Below, piece by piece: positions 16,253 to 32,640 of a DNA stretch of 64,000 nt (its first letter is position 1; the number at the start of each line of letters is the position of its first letter). This DNA comes from the human T2T-CHM13v2.0 reference genome, Homo sapiens. The notes below the pieces were generated by a model. It made no database searches. It was not told where the DNA came from and saw only the letters and a program-made list of their open reading frames with translations. Location: NCBI RefSeq assembly GCF_009914755.1, contig NC_060933.1. The stretch is one strand, 5' to 3'. The position numbers and the translations under genes were made by a program.

Positions 16253-16260
16253 ATGTGTGT
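16221..16260. repeat. (TG)n microsatellite
   Basis: (gt)15 then ttatgtgtgt. Confidence 0.95.
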
Positions 16261-16549
16261 TTAGTTTCCAAAGGGACTTAGAAAATAAAGACTTCCAAAA
16301 ATCCCATTAAAAAGGACATTTCCTCTCCATTGCAAAGACCCAACATGACCGCTTCTTTCGGCATTTATTAAAATGGCAAATTGGAACTGCTTGAGTGTGG
16401 GTTCTTATGGAAATCATGCGTGGGCTGGCAGCTGTGTTGGCATGAGGAGGGTTTGCTTTGAAGCCCTCTGAACTGTTCTAGCTTCATAGATAAACACCTG
16501 TGGCAGAGATTGGTCTTTAAAATAAAGGGTCTTTCTCTAACTTGTGTAG

Positions 16550-16918
<369 letters not shown>

Positions 16919-18997
16919 TGAGAAGTGTTTTCTTTCCATGTTTCCAAGAAGTTGCCATAGTTATAGCTTGGGTTATTTGTACCAAAAGCAAAACATTAAC
17001 ATGGTACATTTTAAAGAGAATAACATAACTTTTTGACAATATAACTGGGTGGGGAAATTACCCAATCTTGGGCAGAATCCAGCTAACCTGCTGCTGCTGA
17101 CAGCATGGCTGAGCTGGGTCAAGGGCTCAGGGATGTAGGGATATGAACCACAAACATGAAGGTTTGGTGTTTCATGGCAGAGAGAAGGACCTTGGCCCTG
17201 GATGGGGGTCGAGGGTTTGAGGTCTGGCCTTGGCTCTGACAGTTGTCCTTGGTGTGACCTTAGGCAAGTCACTCTCACTCTTGGGTCTTTCATTGTCCCA
17301 TCAGTAAATGAGGATGTTAGACTAAATGGTGTCAAAGATCTCTTTCACTTCTGAAATTCCACGATTCTGTGAGTTCTGTTTTTGTAGCCTTGCAGCCCGT
17401 TTGAAAACCATACCCTTTCCATTTAAGCCCACCAGAGGGCGATATGCCCCACGTGTTGGTCCTGCCCCGGTCCAAGAGACCTAATCACTGGGTTAAGTGC
17501 CTTAGAAGAGGAAGCCATGACTCAATCCCTGCTTCTAGGGAAGAGAGATGGAAGTGGACACTATTTAAGTTGCTTCTTGGATCTGCGATTGACCAGGGCT
17601 CTTCACGTCCATTTTCTCTTTGATTTCATGTCAGTTCCCTGGGCCACATGCCAGTTTCTTATTTCACAGGGAACCAAGACTTAAGGAATTGAAAGGACTT
17701 ACCTTGGACTAGGTGGGTTTCCAGTGGTAGGCCCAAGACCTTACCTCTCCATCTGTGACTTGTCCTTCTGGGCCTTTTCCAGTGGATCTCAAGAGGCTGC
17801 CTCTGTTTCTAAGGGGCTCCTGCTGAACTAATAAGACAATTTACACATGAGTTGATTAAGGCAAAATACGAAACCGTATTAGAGTCAGGACTAGGAGCTA
17901 CACTGCATGGATAGACAAACACTTCTTTCCAATGAAGCTCTTCTTCTGGGATTTGGACTAAATGATCTGTTAAATGTGAACTTCCATAGGAACTATAATG
18001 GTCTTGATTCTATGTTGCAGACAGTGGAATCCACTCTGGCTCATTTAAGTAGCAAAGGAATTTTTGAAAGGGTATTAGGAAACTCTCAGAATCTCCAGGA
18101 GAGGCAGAGAGTGAGAATCTGAAATTATGTAGCCAGAAACCATGACTAATTCCAATGTGGGGGCTTTTCTAGAAAAAAACCCACTGCTACATTTGCTTGC
18201 CCCCTCAGATGTTCGGAATTGGGCACATCATGGAAACTAATATTGACTGAGCATCTCCTATACAGTGGGCTTTGTGCTGGGCATGTATCTTATTTAATCC
18301 TATGGGATGGGTATGGTTATCCCTAATTTATATATAAGGAATGCAGGCTTGGGGAGTTTGATGACTTGCTCAATGAAACCCACCTCTCTCTGACTTCAAA
18401 ATCTAGGCTCCAACAGAACAAGAGAATATGGACTTTGGGTTGAAACTAGGAACCACCACTAGTCCCCAAAGGGCAAATTCAAGGGAGGAGGGACTTTCTC
18501 TGTGTTTCTTACTGCCTTTGTAACTCTTTTATTGTCTAGTAATTTGGAAGAAGAGGAGCACAAAGGAATGTTAAATTCTAATTTTCTATTATTATTTTTT
18601 GCCTCTGGTTCTTCTGATCAGTAGAAATAGCTGCAAAGGAAGGGAGTCTTTCCCATATGATGCTTTGTGGGCATTACTTGGATCTCTCTTTGAATAAAAA
18701 ATTGTTGGACTTGGAAGAGACCATGACATAGATTTATTCAATCTTGTTAGTTTATGAACTGGGAAACTGATTAGAAAACTACTTGCCCAAAGTCATATAC
18801 TGTAATAAGATAATGGCTTTCATGCATTCAACAAATGTTCAATGAGTTGCCTACTACTTGCCAGTAAATGGACACAGTGTAAGATAGACAACTTCTCTGT
18901 TGCCATGAAGCTTTATATAAACAGAGATCCTAGAGGTAGCTTCACTTGTAGTTCTCCAACCTTCAAATAATCTGAAACAAAAATACTTTTCGCTCTT

Positions 18998-20231
18998 GGC
19001 TAGCCACATGTAGAAGAATGAAATTGGATCCTCATCTTATACAAAAATCAACTCAAGATGGATTAAGAATTTAAACCTAAGACCTGGAACTATAAAAATT
19101 CTAGAAGATAACATTGGAAAAACCCTCCTAGACACTGGCTTAGGCAAGGATTTTGTGACCAAGAACCTGCAAGCAAATGCAATAAAAACAAAGATAAATA
19201 GTTGGGACCTAATTAAACTAAAGAGCTTTTGCAAGGCAAAAGGAACAGTCAGCAGACTAAACAGAAAACCCACAGAATGGGAGAAAATCTTCACAATCTG
19301 CGCATCTCACAAAGGACTAATATCCAGAATCTACAACAAACTCAAATCAGTAAGAAAAAAACAGACAATCCCATCAAAAAGTGGGCTAAGGACATGAATA
19401 GACAACTGTCAAGATATACAAATGGCCAACGAACATATGAAAAAATGCACAACATCACTAATGATCAGAGAAATGCAAATCAAAACCACAATGCGATACC
19501 ACCTTACTCCTGCAAGAATGGCCATAATAAAAAAAGCAAAAAACAGTAGATGTTGGCATGGATGCAGTGATCAGGGGACACTTGTGCACTGCTGATGGGA
19601 ATGTAAGCTAGTACAGCCTCTATGGAAAACACTGTGGAGATTCCTTGAAGAACTAAAAGTGGAACTACCATTTGATCCAGCAATCCCACTACTGGGTATC
19701 GACCCAGAGGAAAAGAAGTCATTATTTGGAAAAGATACTTGCACATGCATGTTTATAGCAGCACAATTCATGATTGCAAAATCGTGGAACCAACTCAAAT
19801 GCCCATCAATCAACAAGTTGATAAAGAAACTGTGGTATATATAGATGATGGAATACTACTCAGTCATAAAAAGAAATGAAAAAAGGCCACTGCATTTGCA
19901 GTGACCTGGATGAGACTGGAGACTATTATTCCAAGTGAAGTAACTCAGGAATGGAAAACCAAACATCGTATGTTCTTACTGATATGTGGGAGCTAAGCTA
20001 TGAGGACACAAAGGCATAAGAATGATACAATGGACTCTGAGGACTTAGGGGGAAGAGTGGGAAGGGGGTGAGGGATAAAAGACTACAAATAGGGTGCAGT
20101 GTGTACTGCCTGGCTGATGGGTGCACCAAAATCTCACAAATCACCATGAAAGAACTTACTCTTGTAACCAAATACCACCTGTACTCCAATAACTTATGGA
20201 AAAATGAAATAAAAAAATAAAATTTAAAGTA
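18998..20231 (+). mobile_element. 5'-truncated L1PB1-like element (ORF2 3' part plus 3' UTR)
   Basis: Broken ORF2 peptides ([21 protein letters not shown]); L1PB 3' UTR ataaaagactacaaatagggtgcagtgt; ~19 bp TSD aaaaatacttttcgctctt / aaaaacacttttggctctt. Confidence 0.95.
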
Positions 20232-20676
20232 AAAAACACTTTTGGCTCTTTTTCTTAATTTTTTTTAAACAATAAAGATAAAATGACAATTTTATCCAAT
20301 GGCAGATAAATAGAAAAAAGTTTAACTATATTAGTTATCAAAAAATACAAACAAACCTTTTTTCCTTATCGATTTGCAAATATTTAGAAAAAAAAGACTG
20401 CCCAATGACGATGAAAGAATGTGGAATTCCACCGTCTCATACACTATTGACATAAATATAAATTAGCTTTTGTGAAGGAAAAAATTTGCAATATGTATCA
20501 AAACATTCTTGACCCAGAATTTACTTCTTAGATTATCTCCTGGAAAAATAACTCTGAATGTGTATGAAGATACATCAAATAAGGATCACAGTGTGATGTA
20601 TAATAAACAGCAAAATCTGGCAATAATCTAAATGTTCAACATCTGATTGATTATATAATGTATGCTACAGCCACTC

Positions 20677-21070
20677 TATTGGTCAGGATTAGATTTGGCC
20701 ATGTGTAACAGAAAATCCTAAATAACAGTAACTTAAACATAAATGGATTTGCCCTTTTCTACCTAAACAAAATCTGGAGGTAGGTAGTTTGGGTCACAAA
20801 GTTATTTAGAACTCAGGTTCCTTCTGTGTTTTCACTATTGCTATTCTTCGTGCAAGTTCAAGCTGTCTGCTAGAGCTACAGCTATTGTGTTCACATTCAA
20901 TATGGAAGAGAGGAATGGCAACGTGCACAGCTTATTGGCCAGACCTTGATAATATGTATCTGCAAAGAGACTTGGAAAGGTAGATCTTTAGCTGGACACA
21001 TTGCCTACAGCTTTGGCATAAGGAACAGAAAGAAATGAGAGAGAATGGGCATTGGATAGGCCTATGGTCT
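20677..21070. mobile_element. Degenerate MLT1 (J/K-like) LTR
   Basis: tattggtcaggattagatttggccatgtgtaacagaaaatcctaaataacagtaacttaaac...ctgcaaagagacttggaaaggtagatctttagctgg. Confidence 0.6.
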
Positions 21071-21109
21071 TCAAAAAACCTTGCTCACATGTTCCTGAAA
21101 AGGATTTTG

Positions 21110-21397
<288 letters not shown>

Positions 21398-21840
21398 TTT
21401 TGAAAAATTATCTACCATTTTGTACTTCTTTAAATTGTTCCTGATTTTTTTTTAAAATCACAGGTGTACATGAATATGAAGAATACAACTTCTGGCCCAT
21501 TGTAAATATTGACATAAAAAATAAAGCTGTTGCATCATCTCTTAAAATACACCCAATGGAATGTAAATACCATTGTGATGTAATAGCCACCATCCTCCAC
21601 CTAAAACATAACTCAAACTGTTGGCAAATCTCTATTTTTCTTTTTTCTCATTCTACTTCTTCTACAGACTTTTTCCTAATATAGTATATATTTTTCTGTT
21701 TGAAAGTTTTTTGAATTGACCACCTTATACCTTTCCGCCACAACAATATATATAGAAATATAAATTTTAACTTCATGTGGCTTTAAGATTTTAAAAGTAT
21801 TAAAATATTTCTTTGGATTATCATTACAATTATTAATACT

Positions 21841-22098
<258 letters not shown>

Positions 22099-22397
22099 TC
22101 CTGGAGGGTATGGTATCTGCATAAACTATTTGGTATTTTTTTTGGTATAGCAGATTTGTCTCTTCTCCTCCTTTTGTTAACTTAGTCACTCTTTTTTGTT
22201 TATATCAACACAGACTCATGGATATTTATTTTATACTTTGGGCCATAATCCAATACTATCTTATTGATTTGGTTGCTCAAATGGTTCCAGCTTTGGCCAT
22301 TGGATGATCTTTTAATTGGCTACTGGGTCCCTTGGAAATAATCCCATCATTTTGTCTTTTGAGCATTTTCTTACTTTTTAGCATGAGAGGCCATTTC

Positions 22398-23036
22398 TTT
22401 TTTTTTCTTTTTTCTTCAACCTTTATTTTATTTATTATTATTATTATTTTATTTTATTTTTGAGACAGTCTCACTCTATCGCCCAGGCTGGGGTGTAGTG
22501 GTGCAATCTTGGCTCACTGCAACTTACGTCTCCTAGGTTCAAGCAATTCTTGTGCCTCAGCCTCCAGAGTAGCTGGGATTACGGGTGAGCACCACCACGC
22601 CAGGCTAATTTTTTTTTTTTTGTATTTTTGGTAGAGATAGGGTCTCACCATGTTGGCCATGGCTGGTCTCTAAATCCTGGCCTCAAGTGATCTGCCCGCC
22701 TTGGCTTCCCAAAGTGCTGGGATTACAGGTGTGAGCCACCGTTCCTGGCCTTCAACTTTTATTTTAGTTTCAGGGGTACATGTGCAGGTTTGTTACATGG
22801 GTATATTGTTACATGGGCAGGTTTGGGGTAGATTGATCCTGTCACCCAGGTATAAGCATAGTACCCGAGAGGTAGTTTCTCAGCCTTTGCTTCCCTTTAT
22901 TCCTCCTCCCTCTTATGGTCTCCACTGTCTATCTTTCCCATCTTTGTATCCATGTGTACCCAATGTTTAGCTCCCACTTACAAGTGAGAATATGTGGCAT
23001 TTGGTTTTCTGCTTCTGTGTTAGTTTGCCTAGGATA
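22398..23036 (-). mobile_element. Older L1PA (about PA13-16) 3' end with an AluS inserted in its tail
   Basis: ggggtacatgtgcaggtttgttacatgggtatattg; outer TSD atgagaggccatttc / atgagatgtcatttc. Confidence 0.85.
22422..22750 (-). mobile_element. AluS (Sz/Sx-like)
   Basis: Antisense dimer; TSD cttcaac(c/t)tttatttta. Confidence 0.93.
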
Positions 23037-23149
23037 ATGAGATGTCATTTCAGATCACTAAATTAAAATAGCACTTCATCTCCAACCAATCCCTCTCTAT
23101 GACACAACCTTTAAGATATTTTTATGGAATGAATCACTATAAAAATTAT

Positions 23150-23997
23150 CTTTTTTAAATTTTAAATTTTGTGGGTTCATACTAGGTATATAGATTTATG
23201 AGGTACATGAAATGTTTTGATATAGGCATGCAATGCATAATAATCACATCTTGGAGAATAGAGTATCCATCCCCTGAAGCATTTATCCTTTGTGTTACAA
23301 ACAATCCAATTATACCCTTTTAGTTATTTTAAAATGTACAATTAAGTTATCATTGACTATAGTCACCCTGTTGTACTATCAAACAGTAGGTCTTATTTAT
23401 TCTATATTTTTTTGTACCCATTAATTATCCTCACTTTCCCCCCAACCTCCACTACCCTTCCCAGCCTCTGGTAACCATCCTTCTACTCTCTATGTCCATG
23501 AATTCAATTGTTTTGATTTTAGATCCCACAAGTAAGTGAGAACATGTGACATTTATCTTTCCCTGCTGGCTTATTTAACTTAACATAATGACCTCCAATT
23601 CCATCCATGTTGTTGCAAATGACAGAATCTCATTCTTTTTTAATGGCTGAATATACTCCATTGTGTATATGTGCCACATTGTCTTTATCCATTCATCTGT
23701 TGATGGACTCTTGGCTTGCTTACAAATCTTGGCTATTGTGAATGGTGCTGTAACAAACATGGGAGGGCAAATATCACTTCGATATCCTGATTTCCTTTCT
23801 TTGGGTATATACCCAGCAGTGAGACAGCTGGAACATACAGTAGCTCTATTTTTAGTTTTTTTGAGGAACCTCTGAACTGTTCTCCATAGTGGTTGTACTA
23901 ATTTACATTCCCACTAACAGTGTACAAGGGTTCCCTTTTCTCCACGTCCTTGCCAACATTCGTTATTGCCTGCTTTGGATCTAAGCCATTTGAACTG
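23150..23997 (-). mobile_element. L1MA (MA1-3-like) 3' end
   Basis: gaggtacatgaaatgttttgatataggcatgcaatgcataataatcacatc...gttgttgcaaatgacagaatctcattc. Confidence 0.92.
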
Positions 23998-25499
23998 TGT
24001 ACAATTATGTTTTTTGGAGATGGGTGGAGTAGAGGAATGTTATTTTTTGGTGACTAAACCATGTATTTTTGTCAGCGATTACTCTCGCTTCCTAGTGGTC
24101 CAGTAGCTCCTATGTAAATAGTCAAATTCAGCCAACTTAGACCACAGAGCCTCCTGTGCCATGTAAAGAGGATTCTCCTCTACTGAGACAACAAGACCAT
24201 GAGGAGCAAGGCGGATGTCACATTAGAGATGTTCTGATTGGGCTGGGAGAGGAAGGGGAAAACCTTGTTAGGGTGAGGGTCAGAGGATGCAAAGACTCAG
24301 ATGTGTGTGTCCCATTCTGACCCTGCTTGTCTGGACTAATATCTGGAAGGGGAGGCCTTCCTCAAGATGAAGGGAGCACCCAAGCAGAGGAGGTTTGTGC
24401 TGGGTCGCTGGAGGATGCTTCTTTGCTGGGTCACTCATGTCAATTAGGGAGAGGAGGGTGGTGCAGAGAAGAGGCAGCACTTTCAGAAGCACAGAGGCAG
24501 AGCTGCAGAGCCAGATGTGGTACCACTTGTTGGGCGGGGAGCAGTCTTGGTCCTGGCTGCTCCCCCATGGAGTGAGAAGCATCCAGACAATTCCTGCATC
24601 CATCCTGGGGGCACTCTTCCTGGGGAGGAGATTGTGGCAGAGGCTTAGCATGGGTACCCTTCTCATAGGCCCAGTGGAGTATGTGACTGAGGCCCAGCAG
24701 AACCTTCAGGGCTAGCCAGAGCTGAGGCGGGGCTGAGTCACCCAGGGAGGACAACACAGGTCCATATCAGGCCTGGCATCTGTCAGTCATGTGTGAGGAC
24801 CCAGAGGCCAGAGCATAGATCAGAGGCCCCATCTTTTAATATCATAGTGACACCACACCAGTCTCCTTACTCACCCAGAACAGAGAAAAAGAAAAGGTGA
24901 GGCTTTACCCAAAAGAACCTGAGATGAAAGAGACTATTGCACATGGAAATTACTGAGATAACTGTTAATTGGCAAATTGAAGTTTCCCTCTCTGTTTTCT
25001 TTACTGGTGAATCCCCAGACATTAGAACTGTGCTTGGCACAGAGAAGGCATCCAATAAATGTTTGAATGAATGAACCACAGAGACAATAACCCACTTCAG
25101 GAGGCCAGACTGGGGGAAGAAAGGCAATGCAATCCCATTCCATCTGGTTTTAAAAAATTGTTCTCCAGACCTTTATCCAAACTCCTCCTTCTCCTGCTAT
25201 AAAACAAATGTTCCCGTGGCTAGCAATGAATACAAACAGATGTCGTGGAACAGTGATGGTGATTGCAAGAGAGAGGGGAGGATGCAGGCTTTGTGTCTCT
25301 AGGAGCATCTAGATGCCAGCTCAGCTTTTAAAAAGGCTTTTTCTGTGCTTTTCTTTATTTGTCATAGTTCTAATAATTCACAAGTGTTGATTTTGAATTC
25401 AGCAAAGGGAAATCTATTCAAACTGCTTTTGACAGCCTTTGGCATCCATTGTTTGGGATTGTTTTGTTTGTTTGTTTTTTTCTGTTTAAATATCAGGAG

Positions 25500-25622
25500 G
25501 TGGTATAGTACAACAGCTAAGAGGGTGAACTCTGGAGTCAGAGTGCCTGATGTCAAATCCCAGACTGACATTTGCTAGCTTTGTGACCTCTGGGAAACTA
25601 ATCCTCTTTAAGCCTTAGCTTA
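25500..25622 (+). mobile_element. MIR
   Basis: aagagggtgaactctggagtcagagtgcctg...tttgctagctttgtgacctctggg. Confidence 0.75.
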
Positions 25623-26747
25623 TTGACTGAGCTCCACTTGTCTCTTAGACACTGGTCCAATTTTTTTCATCCATTCTTGTTACTTTCTATGCTTCTATTT
25701 GCATATTTTCTATTGACTTGTCTTCTCCTATGTCTAGTCTGCTGTTAATGTATCCATGGTTTTAATTCAAACATATTTTTCAGTTCTAGAAAGTCTACTT
25801 GATTCTTTTTCATAAATTCTGACTCTCTTGAAATTCCTTTCTTTCCCACTATTCTAACTTCTATTTTCTTGACTATATTAAAATAGTCATTTTAGAGTCT
25901 CCATCTAATAAATCTGAGATTATCTGAATCATCTTTGAGTCTGTTTCGGTTGTCTATTTTAAATTTTCATCATACCTCATAATTTTGGAACAGATGCTAG
26001 ATATAGTGGATGAAAAATTGTAGAGGTTCTGCATGATGTTATCTTTTTCCAAAGATCGTTAAGTTTTCTTCTGAAAGGCAGATAAAGCACTGGCAGATCA
26101 CCTTGAAATTGTCAAAAGCCTGATTTTAATCTTTATTAGAGTCAGTCTATTTCAAGGTTTCTCTTACCCCTAGCGTACAGCCTTTACTGTTAGTGCATGG
26201 TCATTTATTCTAATGGATGGTCTTTTGGGAGACTCAATTGAAAATCTAGGGTATTTACCAAGGTCTTTCACCTTGGCGGGGCTTGAATTTCAACCTTAGT
26301 CTCCTAACACCTTGGAGTTGCTGAAGGTTGTTCTTGTCCCTTTAGCTTTTAAGCTGCTTTTTCTGCTGGGTTTCTTGGAGTCTTGGCCTGTGATTAAGCA
26401 TTTTGGGAGTTGGCCATGTGTGGATTATATGCAGAATTTAGGAGTCTTTCTCTGTATTTTCCTGTCTCCCTCAAGTTCTCACCATTTCAGCAGCCCTGAA
26501 TTCCAACATCTACCCCTTTGGCCCACTGAGACTGCTGCTTTCTGTCTGGGTTCTAGTCTTCTACACAGTGATTTGGAAAATGCCCTCATAAAATACACTA
26601 GGGAGAATGTAAAATTTGCATCAATTGCATTCTCTCTTTCAAAGACTCCTTAATTCCTGTCTTTGTTGGTTGTACACCAATGCTTTGAAATAATATATAT
26701 TATTATATATACTTTAGCTTTAATAGTTACTTCCAGTGGGAGAATAA

Positions 26748-27103
<356 letters not shown>

Positions 27104-27160
27104 CATTGCCTTCATTTTTGAAGAATATTTTCACTGGGTCTAGAATTTTAGATTGTTGGA

Positions 27161-27200
27161 GTGTGTGTGTGTGTGTGTGTGTCTGTGTGTGTATGTGTGT
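27161..27200. repeat. (TG)n microsatellite, interrupted
   Basis: Direct reading. Confidence 0.9.
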
Positions 27201-27936
27201 TGTCCTGGTGTTATTCTACTGTTTTCTGCTTTACACAGATTCTATTGAAAAGTTAATTGTCAGCCTTACAATTGACCGCAAAAAGCAGCCTTATTGGTTG
27301 CTTGTCTTTTTCCTTCAATTAGCTTTCAAGATTTTCATTTTGATTTTGATCTTTAGCATTTTGACTATTAAAGAAAATGACTGAAATTAACTGAGTTTCT
27401 TAAATCTGTATGTTGGTAACTATCACAGTTTTGTAAAATTCTCAGCCATTATCTCTTGATATCTCTTGAAATATTCCTGATGTATTTTTGTCTCTTTCTC
27501 TTCTCTCTGACTCTGGTTATGCATATTTTATACATGTTGACTGAATCCAACATACATCTTTATCTTACATTTTATTCCACTTTTCTTTTGTTCTTTTTTT
27601 TATTCTTGTTGCTTCAGTTCACATATTTTCTATGGCTGGGCTTCTATTTCACTACTCCTGGTTTTTCTGTGTCTAGTTTGCTCTTTACCTATTCTATATA
27701 TTTTTAATTTTCGAATACTTTTTAGTTATAGAATGTCCATTTGATTCTTATCTGTAGATTCAGTTCTGTGTTGAAATCCTTCATCTTTTTAATTGCTTTG
27801 TCTACCTCTTCCTTTGTTTTCTTAATCTATTGCTTATAACCATTTAAAAGTCCCTACCTGGTAAGACCAATATCTGCCTGTATTGTTTTTTTGTCTTGAT
27901 CATTAGTTATATTTTGTTGCATTTTGCAAATCTTAT

Positions 27937-28264
27937 GGCTGGGTATGGTTCCTCATGCCTGTAATCCCAGTAATGCCAGTACTTTGAGAGGCTGAGGAGG
28001 GAGGATCACTTGAGCTCAGGAGTTCAAGACCAACGTGGGCAACATAGTGAGACCTCATGTCTACAAAAAAAAATTTAACAGGACATGGTGGCCTGTTAGG
28101 CCACATAAATGTGCCTGTGGTCCCATCTGCTTGGGAGGCTGAGGCAAAAGCTTCACCTGAGCCCAGGAGATCAGGGCTACAGTGAGCTGTGATTGTGCCA
28201 CTCCACTCCAGTCTGGGTGAGAGAGACCCTGCTTTTTTTTTTTTTTTTTTAGAAGAAAGAAAAT
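27937..28264 (+). mobile_element. AluJ with internal rearrangements and a T18 run before the residual A tail
   Basis: ggaggatcacttgagctcaggagttcaagacc; see findings. Confidence 0.9.
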
Positions 28265-28342
28265 CTTTATTTTAATTGTGTGCCATAGAGACATACCACA
28301 GGGGCTCCCCCTTTGCTCTATTAGATGAAGGGCTGATACCTC

Positions 28343-28940
28343 TTTCTTTTTTTTTTTTAATTATACTTTAAGTTCTGGGATATATGTGCAGAATGTGCAG
28401 GTTTGTTACATAGATATAACACATGCCATGGCAGTTTGCTGCACCCATCAACCTGTCATCTGCATTAGGTATTTTTCCTTATGCTATCACTTTCCTTGCC
28501 CCCCACCCCTCAACAGGTCCCGGTGTGTGATGTTCCCCTCCCTGTGTCCATGTGTTCTCATTGTTCAACTCCCATTTATGAGTGAGGACATGCGGTGTTT
28601 GGTTTTCTGTTTCTGTGTTAGTTTTCTGAGAATGATGGTTTCCAGCTTCATCCATGTCCCTGCAAAGGACATAAACTCATTCTTTTTAATGGCTGCATAG
28701 TATTCCATGGTATATATGTGCCACATTTTCTTTATCCAGTCTATCATTGATGAGCGTTTGGGTTGGTTCCAAGTCTTTGCTATTGTCAATAGTACTGCAA
28801 TAAACATATGTGTGCATGTGTCTTTATAGTAGAATGATTTATGATCCTTTGGGTATATATCCAGTAATGGGATTGCTGGGTCAAATGGTGTTTCTGGTTC
28901 TAGATCCTTGAGGAGTTGCCACACTGTCTTCCACAATGGG
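28343..28940 (-). mobile_element. 5'-truncated L1PA (about PA7)
   Basis: ttatactttaagttctgggatatatgtgcagaatgtgcagg; ORF2 C-terminal peptide (28565-28996); degenerate TSD gaagggctgatac / gaaaggctgatat. Confidence 0.93.
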
Positions 28941-29619
28941 AAAGGCTGATATTTCAACCTCATCAGTGACTGAGTGTGGTTGGCGTGGGGTTGCAATTTT
29001 AGTAAAACTCAGTCAATCTCTGTTTCATTCTTGTGCTTAAGTCATGGCCTTTTTGTTTGTTTGTTTGTTTGTGATTGAAAGCCTGTTCACTCTCTATCTC
29101 TTTGTGCTTGCAAGATTGTGGTACTTTCAGTTATGTCGTTTGTTTGTTTGGGGCTTAGTTCTTGGGCCTCACATTGTCCATAGCTTCAAAAACTGGCAGG
29201 TGTCTTGATGCCCTGTGTTTGAGCCCGCCTCCTTCCCTCCAGTAGGACTCCCACACACTATGTTGTTGTGAGAACTTTTGCTCTGCCCTTTATTGAGCTT
29301 TGCTCTCCAGTCTTCTGCACTGCCCCAGAACTTAGCACATTTTTTTTTCATAGGGAATTCTTGACAAATTAAGGGGTCCTTAAGTTTTCAATATAAATAT
29401 GTATATGCATGATATACATACTCTTGACATCAAGCTATGCATTGTGTTCTGCAACTTGCTTTTCCCAGTTACACAATATAGTATACATGTCTTTCCAGAT
29501 CTATATATATGATTCTATTGTATTTTTAAAAGCAACATTTGATCTTCTCTCACTCTCTTTTATTCTCTCCCTCCACACATGTAGCAATTTTTCCATTGAT
29601 GAAACATAGAGAGTTTTAC

Positions 29620-30260
<641 letters not shown>

Positions 30261-30427
30261 ATTTTGTATATGAGAGGAATTTGAGAAGTTTCCGGTATGC
30301 ACTTTCTCAAAATTTCTTATGTTTATTCCCAAACTGCCTTTTCAAAAGCTGTACATAGTCTTTCTATCTATAATTCTGCTCTCTATATAAAATAACAATT
30401 CTGGCTTTTGATAAAAGTTATATGGTT

Positions 30428-30742
<315 letters not shown>

Positions 30743-30809
30743 TTAATAAAAACTTTCCCGAAGGTACATGTATTTCTTTACTTTGACATCTCTACCATTT
30801 TGACTCTAT

Positions 30810-31081
30810 GGTAGCCATTACTGCGGCTTATCAAATATTCCCAGATCTTTGCTTTCTGGGTATATGGTAGAATTGTACTTCTACCATCTCTGAATTTAGT
30901 ATAGTTATATTATTTTCATTGCCCAAAGAAATGACCAGAGTGAGTGATGCGTGTCAAATTCCTGGGGACTCACACTGAACTTATAGTGGAAGCCAGAAAT
31001 AAACTCTGGTTGTGTTAAGCCATTGAGATTTTGATTCTTTTTGTTAATGCAATGTAACCTAATTTATCCTGACAGATACAG
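30810..31081 (+). mobile_element. Degenerate MLT1 LTR
   Basis: agaaataaactctggttgtgttaagccattgagattttg...ctaatttatcctgacagataca (MLT1 3' end). Confidence 0.65.
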
Positions 31082-31368
31082 CCTGATCTACAGTACCAAT
31101 TTGCTGCTTCGTAATTCTCTAGCACAGAAGCATTGCTCTATTCAGGTTCCTTCAGAATACTTTGTATCCTCCTTCCTCTAACTCCTTTCACTGCCACCCT
31201 TCTTTCTGTCTTCTAAAATCTTATTTGCTATAGTAATAATGAAGTTATACTTCTTCCAGAAAGCCTCTCCAGACCACCCAAATCTATAAGCAAAATGTAA
31301 AAATAAAATAAAATAAAATAAAATATTTATCTACTGGGGCTTTGAATAAAGCAAGACTAAATTTAAAT

Positions 31369-31856
31369 CCGCAGGTTGCCTGTTCACTCTGATGGTGGTT
31401 TCTTTAGCTGTGCAGAAGCTTTTTAGTTTAATTAGATCCCATTTGTCAATTTTGGCTTTTGTTGCCATTGCTTTTGGTGTTTTAGTCATGAAGTCCTTGC
31501 CTGTGACTATGGCCTGAATGGTATTGCCTAGGTTTTCTTCTAGGGTTTTTAGGCACATGGATGAAGCTGGAAGCCATCATTCTGAGCAAACTATCGCAAG
31601 GACAGAAAACCAAACACTGCATGTTCTCACTCAGGTGGGAACTGAACAATGAGAACACTTGGACACAGGGTGGGGAACATCACACACTGGGGCCTGTCCT
31701 GGGGTGGGGGGAGGGGGGAGGGATAGCATTAGGAGAAATACCTAATGTAAATGACAAGTTAATGGCCGCAGCACTCCAACATGGCACATGTATACATATG
31801 TAACAAACCTGCACATTGTGCACATGTACCCTAGAACTTAAAGTATAATAAAAAAA
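31369..31856 (+). mobile_element. 5'-inverted L1PA (twin-priming structure)
   Basis: 31369-31550 is antisense ORF2 ([16 protein letters not shown] on the minus strand), joined at ~31551 to the sense ORF2 end, 3' UTR and short A tail. Confidence 0.95.
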
Positions 31857-31919
31857 TCTGTTTTCTGACACTAGGGGATTGACTTTGTGCAGGTAATTTG
31901 ATGTTTTTGAAGCCTGTTG

Positions 31920-32640
<721 letters not shown>

